A stretch of DNA of 64,000 bases from Waddliaceae bacterium (GCA_040880105.1 JBBDJA010000010.1:1-64000); one strand, 5' to 3'. Shown: positions 9,719 through 19,480, counted from the stretch's first letter. Program-made: numbers and translations. Notes: generated from the letters alone by a model not told the origin.

Positions 9719-11830
9719 ATGGCAAAAAAACCCGATAGACTCTACAGGAATTATTTAAAGGTAACCGAGCAGTATTTGCGTGGCCGCGGATTTAGGCCTA
9801 TGACAAGGCTTGTATTGATGCAGGCGTTAAATATTCCGAAGATGCATCGAGATGTGTTTTTTCAAGTTATTGACACACTTGTCGACCAAAAAGTAGTCTC
9901 TTTGAAAAATAATCGCATTGTTCCTGTTGAGGAGACATACGACTCAATGACAGGTGTCCTTCGTCTTCATCCTAAAGGGTTTGGATTTGTCATTCCCGAT
10001 AATCCGGCAGATTCCGACCAAGATGTATTTATTCCTAAGCATTTGACGCTAAATGGAGTCGATGGGGACCACGTTGAAGTTGTGATTGATCAAACATCTA
10101 AAAGCAAAAAAGGGCCGGAGGGGAAAATTGTCGCCATTTTGCAGCGCAGCCGCACACATGTCGCAGGAACAGTTTGTCAAATTACGGACAAAGGAGCTGC
10201 TGTTTACGCTCCAATCTTAGGCGAGGAGCAATTGATTTGGACAAAAGAGTCTGAAAGTGATCTAAAGCTCGGGGATCGAGTCGTCATGAAAGTTGTTAAA
10301 TGGGGTAGTGATAAAACTGAAACCGAAGCTGTGGTTTCTCACCTCATTGGAAATATTGAAGACCCTTCTACTGATGTTCCGGCAGCTATTGAAGAATTTA
10401 ATATAAAATATGAATTCCCCGGCGCTGTTTTGGAAGAGGTAAAAGAGTATTCGCAAATTGTGCCTAAAGAGACGATCAAAAAACGCGAAGATTTTCGCCA
10501 CTTGGAATGTGTGACAATTGATCCGGATACAGCTAAAGACTTTGACGATGCCATTAGTATAGAGAAAGATGACAAAGGTCATTATCATTTAGGGGTGCAT
10601 ATCGCCGATGTCTCTCATTATGTAAGACTTGGGACAGCTCTTGATAAAGAGGCACTTGAAAGATGCAATTCGACATATTTTCCGGGGACATGCATTCCGA
10701 TGCTTCCCGGAGTTCTATCTGAGAACTTATGCAGCCTCAGACCGAATGTAAACCGCTTAACAGCATCTGTGATGATGCACTTTGATGAGAAAGGAGAACT
10801 TCTTGACTATTCGATTAAAAGAGCAGTGATCCGAAGTCGCAGACGTTTTACCTACAAACAAGCCCTTAAGGTGATTCAAGGCAAAAAGCAAAGTCCATAT
10901 GAAAAAACCCTTCACTTAATGGTTGAGTTGAACGGCCACTTAAAAAAACTGAGATATGAACGCGGAAGTCTTGAGTTTTCAATTCCCGAACTTGTGATTA
11001 AGGTGGACGAAAGGGGAGAACCATACGGAACAGAGGTCGTTGAGTACGACATCACACACCAAATGATTGAAGAATTCATGCTCAAATGCAACGAAGTCAT
11101 TGCGCGTCATCTAGATAGTAAGGGGAAGCGTCTGCCATTTCGCGTGCATGAAGAGCCGTCAAAAGATGGAATGAAGGAGTTTTCTGCGCTTGCCTCCTAT
11201 TTTGGTTTTGAACTTCCCGAGGCTCCCACTCCGATGGAGTTGCAGCTCTTTTTTGACGATGCGCTTAAGACACAGGCAGGAAGATTTCTAGCAACTAGCT
11301 ACATTAAACGGATGCGCCAAGCCGAATACTCGCCGGAGAATATCGGACATTACGGACTCGGCCTTTCTCATTACTCTCACTTTACAAGCCCCATTCGTAG
11401 GTATCCTGATTTGATTGTTCACCGGGTGCTTTTCGGAGATGAGGAAACAGATGAACATCTTCAGGAGAAATCTAAACGCTGCTCTGAGAAAGAACGCGTC
11501 AGTGAAAAAGCAGAACGACGGGTCAGGCTTTTGAAAAAACTTCGACTGTTAAAAAATACAAAGAAAAAAGATCGGTTTACACAGTATGAAGCTGTGATTA
11601 CCAAAGTACGCAGTTTTGGTTTTTATTTTGAACTGCTCGATTTTATGATCGAGGGTTTTGTGCATATTTCGGAAATCGGAGATGACTATTATAGATACAT
11701 CGAACAAGAAGGGATTTTACGTGGATCCGATCGAGGCGAAAAGTTTCGATCCGGAGAAAGAATTACTGTAATGCCGCAAAAAATTGACTTGATCTATCTC
11801 AATGTGGAGTGGGAGTATGTTCCTCGATAA
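9719..11830 (+). CDS. rnr: Ribonuclease R (VacB)
   Basis: RNB motif TIDPDTAKDFDDA, HFTSPIRRYPDL, N-terminal cold-shock domains, C-terminal S1 domain. Confidence 0.96.
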   Translation: MAKKPDRLYRNYLKVTEQYLRGRGFRPMTRLVLMQALNIPKMHRDVFFQVIDTLVDQKVVSLKNNRIVPVEETYDSMTGVLRLHPKGFGFVIPDNPADSDQDVFIPKHLTLNGVDGDHVEVVIDQTSKSKKGPEGKIVAILQRSRTHVAGTVCQITDKGAAVYAPILGEEQLIWTKESESDLKLGDRVVMKVVKWGSDKTETEAVVSHLIGNIEDPSTDVPAAIEEFNIKYEFPGAVLEEVKEYSQIVPKETIKKREDFRHLECVTIDPDTAKDFDDAISIEKDDKGHYHLGVHIADVSHYVRLGTALDKEALERCNSTYFPGTCIPMLPGVLSENLCSLRPNVNRLTASVMMHFDEKGELLDYSIKRAVIRSRRRFTYKQALKVIQGKKQSPYEKTLHLMVELNGHLKKLRYERGSLEFSIPELVIKVDERGEPYGTEVVEYDITHQMIEEFMLKCNEVIARHLDSKGKRLPFRVHEEPSKDGMKEFSALASYFGFELPEAPTPMELQLFFDDALKTQAGRFLATSYIKRMRQAEYSPENIGHYGLGLSHYSHFTSPIRRYPDLIVHRVLFGDEETDEHLQEKSKRCSEKERVSEKAERRVRLLKKLRLLKNTKKKDRFTQYEAVITKVRSFGFYFELLDFMIEGFVHISEIGDDYYRYIEQEGILRGSDRGEKFRSGERITVMPQKIDLIYLNVEWEYVPR

Positions 11831-12108
11831 TGCTTCGCCTCCGGAATATTTTACGGGCCCCAGTTGTTTTATTTTTAGGTGAAAAGCTTTTGGATAAATA
11901 CTTAAGCGACCCGCATTATTTCAAGACGAATGACCGGGGGCTATGCTGAAGCAGACTCTAGGCCTCCCGTCAACAGTGGAGCTATTAAGGTTCGGTGTGA
12001 ACGCCCCGAGGAAAAAGTCGAACATATGGTAGAGGGAGCAAAGATAGGTGTTGTTTGTGTCGGTGAGGATGTTAAACTACCCTAGAGATTTCAAATGAAG
12101 GAGTTGAA

Positions 12109-12783
12109 ATGAAAAAATTTTTTATCACAGGGCTTGTTATATTTCTGCCGCTTGCGGTCACACTTGCTGTTTTGATATTTATCGTCAATATATTGACAGG
12201 CCCATTTGTCGGGTTTGTTCGAGATATTTTTCAAAATTACGGTATTTTTGAAAAGGGGTTTCTCTTTTTGAGCGCCTATCAAGTGCAGCAGTTTGTTAGC
12301 CAGGTTTTGATTCTTGCGTTTCTTTTCCTGTTTACTGTACTTCTTGGCATATTAACCCGCTGGGTTTTTATCCATTATTTTATTCGTCTTGGCGACTATG
12401 TGTTCCACCGCATCCCTGTAGTGCGATCTATCTATAAAACTGCCCAGGATGTGATAAAGACGATATTTACAACATCGACCCGCTCTTTTCAGCAAGTGGT
12501 CTTGGCTCCATTTCCTAATGAGAAAACCCAAGCAATAGGGCTTGTAACTCGCGAAAACATCCCAAAAGTAGAGGGTGGAAAAGAGGTCAATTTGGTAGCT
12601 GTTTTTGTGCCGACAACACCTAATCCAACTTCCGGATTTCTGATGATGTATGATCCAAAGGATCTAGTCTATCTCGATATGAAGGTAGAGGACGCTTTCA
12701 AATACATTATCTCTTGCGGTGTTGTGCAGACCCCAATGGCTAAACAGCAAGAAGTTAAAGAAGATGAGGTTATTGAGGATTGA
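12109..12783 (+). CDS. DUF502 family membrane protein
   Basis: KKFFITGLVIFLPLAVT, RIPVVRSIY, VFVPTTPNPTSGFL; RBS AAGGAG. Confidence 0.88.
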   Translation: MKKFFITGLVIFLPLAVTLAVLIFIVNILTGPFVGFVRDIFQNYGIFEKGFLFLSAYQVQQFVSQVLILAFLFLFTVLLGILTRWVFIHYFIRLGDYVFHRIPVVRSIYKTAQDVIKTIFTTSTRSFQQVVLAPFPNEKTQAIGLVTRENIPKVEGGKEVNLVAVFVPTTPNPTSGFLMMYDPKDLVYLDMKVEDAFKYIISCGVVQTPMAKQQEVKEDEVIED

Positions 12784-13397
12784 GAAAGCACTTTTTTACA
12801 GGTTTAGCCACTCTTTTACCCCTAATCATTACGTTTGTCATTCTATTTTTGATGGTGAATTTTTTGACCCGTCCATTTGAACACATGACTCATGAGTTTC
12901 TCTCAAGTCTGGGTTATCGGATTCGCCCTCCTATACTGCTAAACATTGTGAGTAAAGGTATTATTCTCATCCTATTCATTTGCTTTCTTCTTTTACTTGG
13001 ATATTTTGCGCGCGTCTATTTTATGAGCAAGCTCCTCTCAAATCTTGAATCTTTAATCGACCGTGTACCAATTGTCGGAACCTTTTATCGTGCGATTCAA
13101 GAGATGGTTCTTGCAATGTTTTCTCAAGAGGTCAAAACCTTTTCTCAAGCTGTTTTAGTTCCGTTTCCTTTCGAAAAGTCCGTATCTATCGGTTTTGTTT
13201 CGCGAGATTTACCATTTCGCTGTCTTGTAAATGGAGAGGAGCGTATTGCTGTATTTGTTCCGGGGACTCCAAATCCGTCAATGGGTTTTTTACTTATGTA
13301 CCCGAAAGACCAGCTTGTACCCTTAAATATGTCACTAGAAGATGCTCTAAAAGCAGTCGTGTCATGCGGCGTTTTAACTGAAAAGCTTTATTCCTAA
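12780..13397 (+). CDS. DUF502 family membrane protein (tandem paralog)
   Basis: FFTGLATLLPLIIT, RVPIVGTFY, VFVPGTPNPSMGFL; TTG start overlapping the upstream stop. Confidence 0.85.
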   Translation: MRKHFFTGLATLLPLIITFVILFLMVNFLTRPFEHMTHEFLSSLGYRIRPPILLNIVSKGIILILFICFLLLLGYFARVYFMSKLLSNLESLIDRVPIVGTFYRAIQEMVLAMFSQEVKTFSQAVLVPFPFEKSVSIGFVSRDLPFRCLVNGEERIAVFVPGTPNPSMGFLLMYPKDQLVPLNMSLEDALKAVVSCGVLTEKLYS

Positions 13398-13406
13398 TTT
13401 ATTTTT

Positions 13407-13436
13407 TTGACTTAATATTTTTTTTTAATATAGAGT
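13407..13436 (+). promoter_or_regulatory. Candidate promoter of the beta-barrel/haloperoxidase unit, with a T9 tract in the spacer
   Basis: TTGACT 13407-13412, 18-nt spacer containing T9 (13418-13426), TAGAGT 13431-13436. Confidence 0.35.
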
Positions 13437-13463
13437 ATAAATTATTTTTTTTGAGGAAAAAGG

Positions 13464-14204
13464 ATGCTTCGCTCTCTAATTTGCATTTTATGCCTATCAC
13501 ATCAACTCTCGGCACTCTCTCATGAATTTTATATTGGAGGACATCACAATTATACAAATGTTCACTCTAACAATGCCTTTGATGTAGAAGGATATCAAAC
13601 GGGAGTTGCCGCCGGATATGAAATCGAATGCAATTGCTATTTTGCAGAAGCTGCATATGAAGGTTACTGGACGATAGTTAATGCAGTTGGTAGTCCTTGT
13701 GACACAAGCGCGCTTACCGAACACCTCATGTGGCTCCGCCTTGGGTATAGTTTTGATCTCTCTTGTGTGTATCGTTTTAAACCCTATGTGGGTGTTGGAT
13801 ACAATTACTACGAAAACAGTCAAGACCCTGACTCTCTTCCACTGGATTGGCGCTACAAAAAAATCTTTATTCCCGTTGGGTTTTTAGTTGAAGGGCCTCT
13901 TTGCAGAGACTTATATTTTGGGTTAAGAGGGGAGTGGCGTCCTGATGTCTACTCGACTCTTAAAGTCGGAACTACAGAAACAATAGAGACCGATCTTAAA
14001 CTCGCCCATGGTTTTCGTATCGAAACGCCTCTTACCTATTTTTTTGACTGGTCTCACTGCTATCACATCCAGTTTGTTCCATTCTATGACTGGAATCGTT
14101 TTGGTGAGTCAGAAGAAGAAAATTCAAATGGAATCGTTCTTCCTATCGATTCAGAGACTCGTTGGAACATTGGTTTCAGAGTCTTACTTGGTGTACGTTT
14201 TTAA
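13464..14204 (+). CDS. Outer-membrane beta-barrel protein
   Basis: Signal peptide; alternating aromatic/Gly beta-strands (LRLGYSF, FKPYVGVGYNYY, YFGLRGEW); C-terminal BAM-type signature IGFRVLLGVRF; 6 Cys in the mature part. Confidence 0.78.
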   Translation: MLRSLICILCLSHQLSALSHEFYIGGHHNYTNVHSNNAFDVEGYQTGVAAGYEIECNCYFAEAAYEGYWTIVNAVGSPCDTSALTEHLMWLRLGYSFDLSCVYRFKPYVGVGYNYYENSQDPDSLPLDWRYKKIFIPVGFLVEGPLCRDLYFGLRGEWRPDVYSTLKVGTTETIETDLKLAHGFRIETPLTYFFDWSHCYHIQFVPFYDWNRFGESEEENSNGIVLPIDSETRWNIGFRVLLGVRF

Positions 14205-14224
14205 CGAAAGGAGCTTAAAACAAA

Positions 14225-15835
14225 ATGTCTCTTATACTTGCTTTGCTGTTACTTATTCCGCACTTTTTGCCGGCACAAATTAACGATACCGCTTTTCTGA
14301 ACTTTAGACGAGAACAGAGAAGAATGAATGTTCGACATGTCAAATCTGAGGTTGCACTTTTCGATCAAGGAAAATCGGTTCCTCGTATTTCAGGAAATGG
14401 TGACGATCAGCTCTATTCGGATAAAAGAGGCAGCTACGGCAAAGCGCTTTTACATGAAACCAGTGGCTTTATCAACCCACTAGCCTTTACTTCACTTATG
14501 AAGCCATTGCAAACAGAAAATTCAAACGAATTTGACCAGATTGTATTAGGAGAGGGACGCAAGTTAGTCAATCCCCAAGCATCGCTTGCGTATTCGCTTT
14601 CAGGAAACGACGCCTGGATTAATGCCATAGCCACAGACCCAACGTTTGCAGGAACTGAAACAGCCGGGGAAATGGTCGAACTTTATTGGACCGCAATGTT
14701 GCGTGATGTCCCATTTAATAATTTTACTGCATTGACTGTTGGCGCGGCTGTTGATGATCTTAATAACCTCTCAAACTTTAAAGGGCCTAAAATTGGAGGG
14801 GTTGTTACCCCAGGAACATTTTTACGTGGTAACGCGCCAGGAGAACTAGAGGGACCCTATATCTCTCAATTTCTGTTTAAGCAGATTCCCTTCGGCTCCG
14901 GGGTGATTAATCAAGAGTATACCGTTCCTGAGCCTGCATCCATTTCTCCCGGTAACGATTTTATTACGACATTTGCAGACTGGTTTACTGTTATAAATGG
15001 AGGATCTACCGGTCAGACCATTCAGTTTGACGCTGATCAGCACTTCATTCGCACTCCTCGCGATTTAGGTGAATATGCACACATAGATGTACCCGGGCAG
15101 AGTGGGTATTGCGCCGCTCTACTTTTACTCTCTTTTGGCCCCGATGCACTTGATCCAAATACACCCTACCTTAACAATCCAACTCAGGTAGGCTTTGTTA
15201 CTTTTGGAATGGCAGATGTACTTGCTCTTGTGCAAGAAGCAGCTGAAGAGGCATTGAAAGCGGCTTGGTTTTATAAATGGCAAGTTAGCCTTCGTTTAAG
15301 ACCAGAGGAGTATGGGTTTTATCTTCAGAGACAGCTGGTAGAAATGCAAAACCTTGGAATCAACCCAGAGCTTCTCAACTCTCAAGCAGTTATTGAAATC
15401 TTTAATGCTTTTGGCAGCTATTTCTTACCTCAATCATATCCGGAAGGCAGTCCAACGCACCCGGCATATCCATCAGGTCATGCAGCCTTCTCGGGAGCTG
15501 CGATCACTGTCTTGAAGGCAATATTTAATGAGGATTTTGTTATTCCGGATCCTCTGCAGCCAAATGTAGATAATACTGCTTTAGAGCCGTACCCGGGAAT
15601 TTTGACTGTCGGCGGTGAGCTTAATAAACTTGCTTCAAATATATCACTTGGACGCGACCATGCCGGCGTTCATTATAGAAGCGATGCCTGGCAAGGGATG
15701 CTTCTTGGAGAAAAGGTAGCCATTGACATACTGAATAATAGGTCATTTCTTTTTAATGAAAATTTTAGAGGGTATACACTCACTAAATTTGACGGAACTA
15801 AGATTACTGTTGGTGCTAAAAACGGGGCAAGTTAA
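14225..15835 (+). CDS. Exported vanadium-dependent haloperoxidase (bromoperoxidase type; PAP2 superfamily)
   Basis: K351-x7-R359P, H412-PAYP-SGH419, R477-x5-H483-x3-D487; algal/cyanobacterial VBPO-like blocks EMVELYW..LRDVPF, GPYISQFL, LTVGGELNKLASNISLGR; N-terminal signal peptide; RBS AAGGAG. Confidence 0.9.
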   Translation: MSLILALLLLIPHFLPAQINDTAFLNFRREQRRMNVRHVKSEVALFDQGKSVPRISGNGDDQLYSDKRGSYGKALLHETSGFINPLAFTSLMKPLQTENSNEFDQIVLGEGRKLVNPQASLAYSLSGNDAWINAIATDPTFAGTETAGEMVELYWTAMLRDVPFNNFTALTVGAAVDDLNNLSNFKGPKIGGVVTPGTFLRGNAPGELEGPYISQFLFKQIPFGSGVINQEYTVPEPASISPGNDFITTFADWFTVINGGSTGQTIQFDADQHFIRTPRDLGEYAHIDVPGQSGYCAALLLLSFGPDALDPNTPYLNNPTQVGFVTFGMADVLALVQEAAEEALKAAWFYKWQVSLRLRPEEYGFYLQRQLVEMQNLGINPELLNSQAVIEIFNAFGSYFLPQSYPEGSPTHPAYPSGHAAFSGAAITVLKAIFNEDFVIPDPLQPNVDNTALEPYPGILTVGGELNKLASNISLGRDHAGVHYRSDAWQGMLLGEKVAIDILNNRSFLFNENFRGYTLTKFDGTKITVGAKNGAS

Positions 15836-15858
15836 CTCCCTTTCTGCAAATTGCGACT

Positions 15859-15906
15859 CTTTGGAATCTTTGATAACAAAACTCTTTGTTTTCGGGGGTT
15901 CTAAAG
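15859..15906 (+). terminator. Long G-U-rich hairpin after the haloperoxidase gene
   Basis: CTTTGGAATCTTTGATAACAAA-actc-TTTGTTTTCGGGGGTTCTAAAG pairs over about 22 bp with G-U pairs. Confidence 0.5.
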
Positions 15907-15937
15907 CTGTAAGGTAAGTAATCCATGTCTAGACCAT

Positions 15938-15966
15938 TTGACCATAAGAGGGTTAAGTGATATGGT
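15938..15966 (+). promoter_or_regulatory. Candidate sigma66 promoter of the hyp-ybhB-mlaEFD-yqgE operon
   Basis: TTGACC, 17-nt spacer, TATGGT; RBS GAGGGAG downstream. Confidence 0.5.
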
Positions 15967-15995
15967 AAAAAAACAATTAAAGAGGGAGAATAAAA

Positions 15996-16355
15996 ATGAA
16001 TTTAGATCAATTGAGTCCAATTTTACAGTCAACAGCAAGAGATTTTAGTTCACTTGTTGAAGCTAAAGATATGAGTAAAGTAGATCCGGTAAAAAATCGA
16101 CTGAATGAATTAAATCACGAATTGAGTCAAGGGGTTGATTTCAAAGCAGATCAATCGCAATCGGTACACAATATTCAATCCGCGTTAAAGATGATTAAAG
16201 CAGCGCATGAAAAGGCATCTCAAGAAAAGGGCGGAGCTGCAGTGGCATCACTGCTCGGAACCCCATATCAAGAATTTCAAGCAAACCTTCAACAGTTTGA
16301 AGAAAAGTTTAAACGTGTGCAACCAACTGACAAAGGCGAGATGAGACAGAGATGA
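15996..16355 (+). CDS. Hypothetical helical protein
   Basis: Strong RBS; stop overlaps the next start (ATGA). Confidence 0.75.
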   Translation: MNLDQLSPILQSTARDFSSLVEAKDMSKVDPVKNRLNELNHELSQGVDFKADQSQSVHNIQSALKMIKAAHEKASQEKGGAAVASLLGTPYQEFQANLQQFEEKFKRVQPTDKGEMRQR

Positions 16356-16786
16356 AGTTGCTTTCAAGTGCTTTTCGAAATCATGAAGAAATACCAAAAA
16401 AGTACACAGGGGAAGGTGAGGATATATCTCCTCCACTATCCTTAGTAGATGTGCCGGCTCAAACGAAAAGCATTGCTTTGATTGTCGATGATCCTGATGC
16501 ACCTATGGGAATATTTGTTCATTGGATTGCATGGAATATTCAGCCTTCTAATCTTGAGTTAACTGAAAATGCTAAACTTCCAAACCAAGGAAAAAATGAC
16601 TTTGGAGACGTTAGGTATGGAGGACCGATGCCGCCGAAAGGGGAGTCGCATCGGTATTTCTTTAAAGCATATGCACTAGATACAGAGCTCAATCTTTCCA
16701 ATGGAATCAGTAAGCACGAACTTTTAGATGCTATCAAAAGTCATGTTCTGGACCAAGCTGAGTATATTGGAATTTATCAACGATGA
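16352..16786 (+). CDS. YbhB/YbcL family PEBP (Raf kinase inhibitor-like) protein
   Basis: DISPPL, ALIVDDPDAP, FVHWIAWNI, YGGPMPPKGESHRYFFKAYALD. Confidence 0.93.
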   Translation: MKLLSSAFRNHEEIPKKYTGEGEDISPPLSLVDVPAQTKSIALIVDDPDAPMGIFVHWIAWNIQPSNLELTENAKLPNQGKNDFGDVRYGGPMPPKGESHRYFFKAYALDTELNLSNGISKHELLDAIKSHVLDQAEYIGIYQR

Positions 16787-17586
16787 AGGAAGTATTGATA
16801 GGCGCGATTGCTTCAGTCGGCGCTTATGTTTTACTTATCTCTCAAGTCTTTTGGGTTGCCCTTAAGCGCCCCCCAAGATGGCCTCTAATTCGTGATCAGA
16901 TGTATGAAATGGGAGTTCTATCGCTTCCGGTGATTGCAATCACAGGTCTCTCAACTGGAATGGTGCTTGCAGCACAGTCGTATTTTCAACTCTCAGATAA
17001 AGGACTAGCAAGCGCAACAGGACTTATGGTCACGAAGGCAATGCTAGTAGAGCTAGGCCCAGTATTAACAGCATTTATGATCACGGGGCGAGTAGGCGCT
17101 GCAATGTGTGCGGAAATTGGAACAATGAAAGTGACAGAGCAGATTGACGCCATGCGATCGATGAGTGTCGATCCGAACGGCTACTTAATTGCCCCGCGGT
17201 TCATTTCAGGTGTTATCGTACTTCCGTTACTCACCACTTTTAGTTGCGTAATGGGAGTCTGGGGTGGGTACTTGGTCGCCGTTTCCTATTATGGACTTCC
17301 TCATACAGATTTTATAGACCCGCTTCCTGTCCACATTACCAAGTACGATCTCTTTACTGGTATGACGAAAGCAATTCTCTTTGGAATTATCATTGTGACG
17401 ATCTCATGCTATAAAGGCCTTCGAACACGCGGCGGTGCGGCAGGTGTCGGTCGCTCGACAACAAATAGCGTTGTGATTTGTTATACAGTTATTTTAGTCG
17501 CCAACTTTATTATCACTATAACGTTAAATAACGCTCACGACTACCTCGTAGTTCTTGGGCAAAGGATTGAGCAATGGCTGATATAG
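16783..17586 (+). CDS. mlaE: MlaE family lipid ABC transporter permease
   Basis: ELGPVLTAFMITGRVGAAMCAEIGTMKVTEQIDAM; GGAAGVGRSTT. Confidence 0.92.
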   Translation: MKEVLIGAIASVGAYVLLISQVFWVALKRPPRWPLIRDQMYEMGVLSLPVIAITGLSTGMVLAAQSYFQLSDKGLASATGLMVTKAMLVELGPVLTAFMITGRVGAAMCAEIGTMKVTEQIDAMRSMSVDPNGYLIAPRFISGVIVLPLLTTFSCVMGVWGGYLVAVSYYGLPHTDFIDPLPVHITKYDLFTGMTKAILFGIIIVTISCYKGLRTRGGAAGVGRSTTNSVVICYTVILVANFIITITLNNAHDYLVVLGQRIEQWLI

Positions 17587-18350
17587 TAGTTGAAGATTTA
17601 TGGAAATCGTATGGCACGCTTGAAGTTCTAAAGGGACTTAGCTTGACAGTACATGAAGGGGAAACAGTTGTTATTCTCGGTCGTTCCGGAGTAGGAAAAA
17701 GCGTACTTTTAAAACAGATTATTGGAATTGAGACCCAGGATCGAGGGACCATTAAAATCGGTGGGAAGGATCTGAGTCGAATGTCACGTAGAGAGCGTGA
17801 AAAAGTCACTCGGGAAATGGGGATGCTCTTTCAAAGCGGCGCTCTATTTGACTCAATGTCTGTGGGAGAGAATGTTGCCTTTTATTTAAATCAGAATGAA
17901 AGTCGGCTGGGTAGAAAAGAGATTCGCAAGCGGGCTGAAGATGCGCTTGAAATGGTTGAACTTAAAGGAACATACGATAAAATGCCGGCCGATCTTTCCG
18001 GGGGGATGCGAAAGCGTGCTGCTCTAGCAAGGTTAATTGTGTACAATCCAACGATTTTGCTTTACGATGAACCCACAACCGGGCTTGACCCGATTACCGC
18101 AATGAATATCAATCGGCTAATTAATAAATTGAAAAGCAAAAACCGTTCCATTATAGCTGTTACTCATGATATACGCTCAGCTATTGAGATTGGAGATCGA
18201 TTTGCTTTGCATAGAGATGGTAAAATCACGCATATTGCACCTAAAGAAGAGTTTTTGAAAATTGATGATCCTCTAGTGAGGTCATTTTTTGAAAATTCAG
18301 CAATAACTGAAGATCACTGGAATGGGAACCATAAAATGGAGAGTTCATGA
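17574..18350 (+). CDS. mlaF: MlaF/Mkl family ABC ATPase
   Basis: Walker A GRSGVGKS, LSGGMRKRAALAR, LLYDEPTTGLDP. Confidence 0.92.
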   Translation: MADIVVEDLWKSYGTLEVLKGLSLTVHEGETVVILGRSGVGKSVLLKQIIGIETQDRGTIKIGGKDLSRMSRREREKVTREMGMLFQSGALFDSMSVGENVAFYLNQNESRLGRKEIRKRAEDALEMVELKGTYDKMPADLSGGMRKRAALARLIVYNPTILLYDEPTTGLDPITAMNINRLINKLKSKNRSIIAVTHDIRSAIEIGDRFALHRDGKITHIAPKEEFLKIDDPLVRSFFENSAITEDHWNGNHKMESS

Positions 18351-19480
18351 GAGATAGCATGAAGAACTTGATGATCGGTCTATTTGTACTGGCCGCTCTT
18401 GCAATTATTACTTTTCTCATTCTTTTTCTTCGCCCGTTTGTTGGTGATGAGGGGCAGACAGTGATTGTCCGTTTTGCAGATATCGATAAAGTCAATGTCG
18501 GAACCCGCGTTCTATACGCAGGAAAACCGGTCGGTGAAGTCATCAGAATCACACCCATCGATAGAAAAAGACATGGAGTTGAGCGAAAGAGCGATGTTTA
18601 TGTCTATGAGCTACTGCTCTCAGTCGATTCGTCTGTTAGAATCTATAATTCAGACATAATCTCCTTGCGCACGTCGGGTCTCCTTGGGGAAAAATCAGTC
18701 TCAATCAATCCAGAACCCCTAAAGCCCGGACAGGAACTTCGCCTTGTGAATCAAGAGGTTATTTATGCAGAGCTTGTCGGTTCGGTGGAAGATACCTTTC
18801 AGGACTTACAAAATCTTGGGTATAAGGCTGAAGCCCTTTTAGACCTAGCTATCGATGCTTTAAAAAAACTGGAACAAGATAAGGTTTGGGATAATATAAG
18901 CATTTCTGTTCAGAATATAAAGGAAATCTCATCAAGCCTAGTGGAATCGCGAAATGGCGAGCTACCCCCGGTTGTCGCTTTAAAAAATATGATTGCAAAT
19001 TTGGAACAAGTCTCCAATAATTTTCTTGAAGTCTCTACAAACTTAAAAAGTGGCAGAGGAACTCTTGGCCGCCTTTTCGGTAATGAAGATCTCTATTTGC
19101 AAGCAAAAGCAGTATTTGCTAAGGGAGAGACTGTGATGGATGATATTACTCACTATGGTCTCCTCTTTCATACAGATAACGGCTGGAAAAGGCTCCGTGC
19201 TCGTCGAATGAACTTAGTTAGAACTCTCCGATCCCCAGAACAATTCCGCAACTTTTTCAATGATGAGGTGAATCAAATTTCCACCTCAATTGCACGGGTC
19301 ACGCAGGTGATGGAACAGACATCGTGTTATGATTTGTCTCAAGACTGCCAGTTTGTCAACGTATTCGGAGATTTGCTTAGACGTATCGAAAACTTGGAAG
19401 AATCGGTACAGATGTATAATATGCAATTAAGAGATTGCCCGGTCGATGAATGCGCAATGGGAGGAGGTTGCATAAGATGA
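18347..19480 (+). CDS. mlaD: MlaD/MCE domain protein with long helical, Cys-rich C-terminus
   Basis: N-terminal TM, MCE motif [28 protein letters not shown]. Confidence 0.88.
   Translation: MRDSMKNLMIGLFVLAALAIITFLILFLRPFVGDEGQTVIVRFADIDKVNVGTRVLYAGKPVGEVIRITPIDRKRHGVERKSDVYVYELLLSVDSSVRIYNSDIISLRTSGLLGEKSVSINPEPLKPGQELRLVNQEVIYAELVGSVEDTFQDLQNLGYKAEALLDLAIDALKKLEQDKVWDNISISVQNIKEISSSLVESRNGELPPVVALKNMIANLEQVSNNFLEVSTNLKSGRGTLGRLFGNEDLYLQAKAVFAKGETVMDDITHYGLLFHTDNGWKRLRARRMNLVRTLRSPEQFRNFFNDEVNQISTSIARVTQVMEQTSCYDLSQDCQFVNVFGDLLRRIENLEESVQMYNMQLRDCPVDECAMGGGCIR

Noticed and set aside
14225..15835. Ordinary PAP2 acid phosphatase
   Set aside because: The 536-aa length, soluble character, K-x7-RP spacing and several VBPO-type blocks outside the active site fit a haloperoxidase better; activity remains untested
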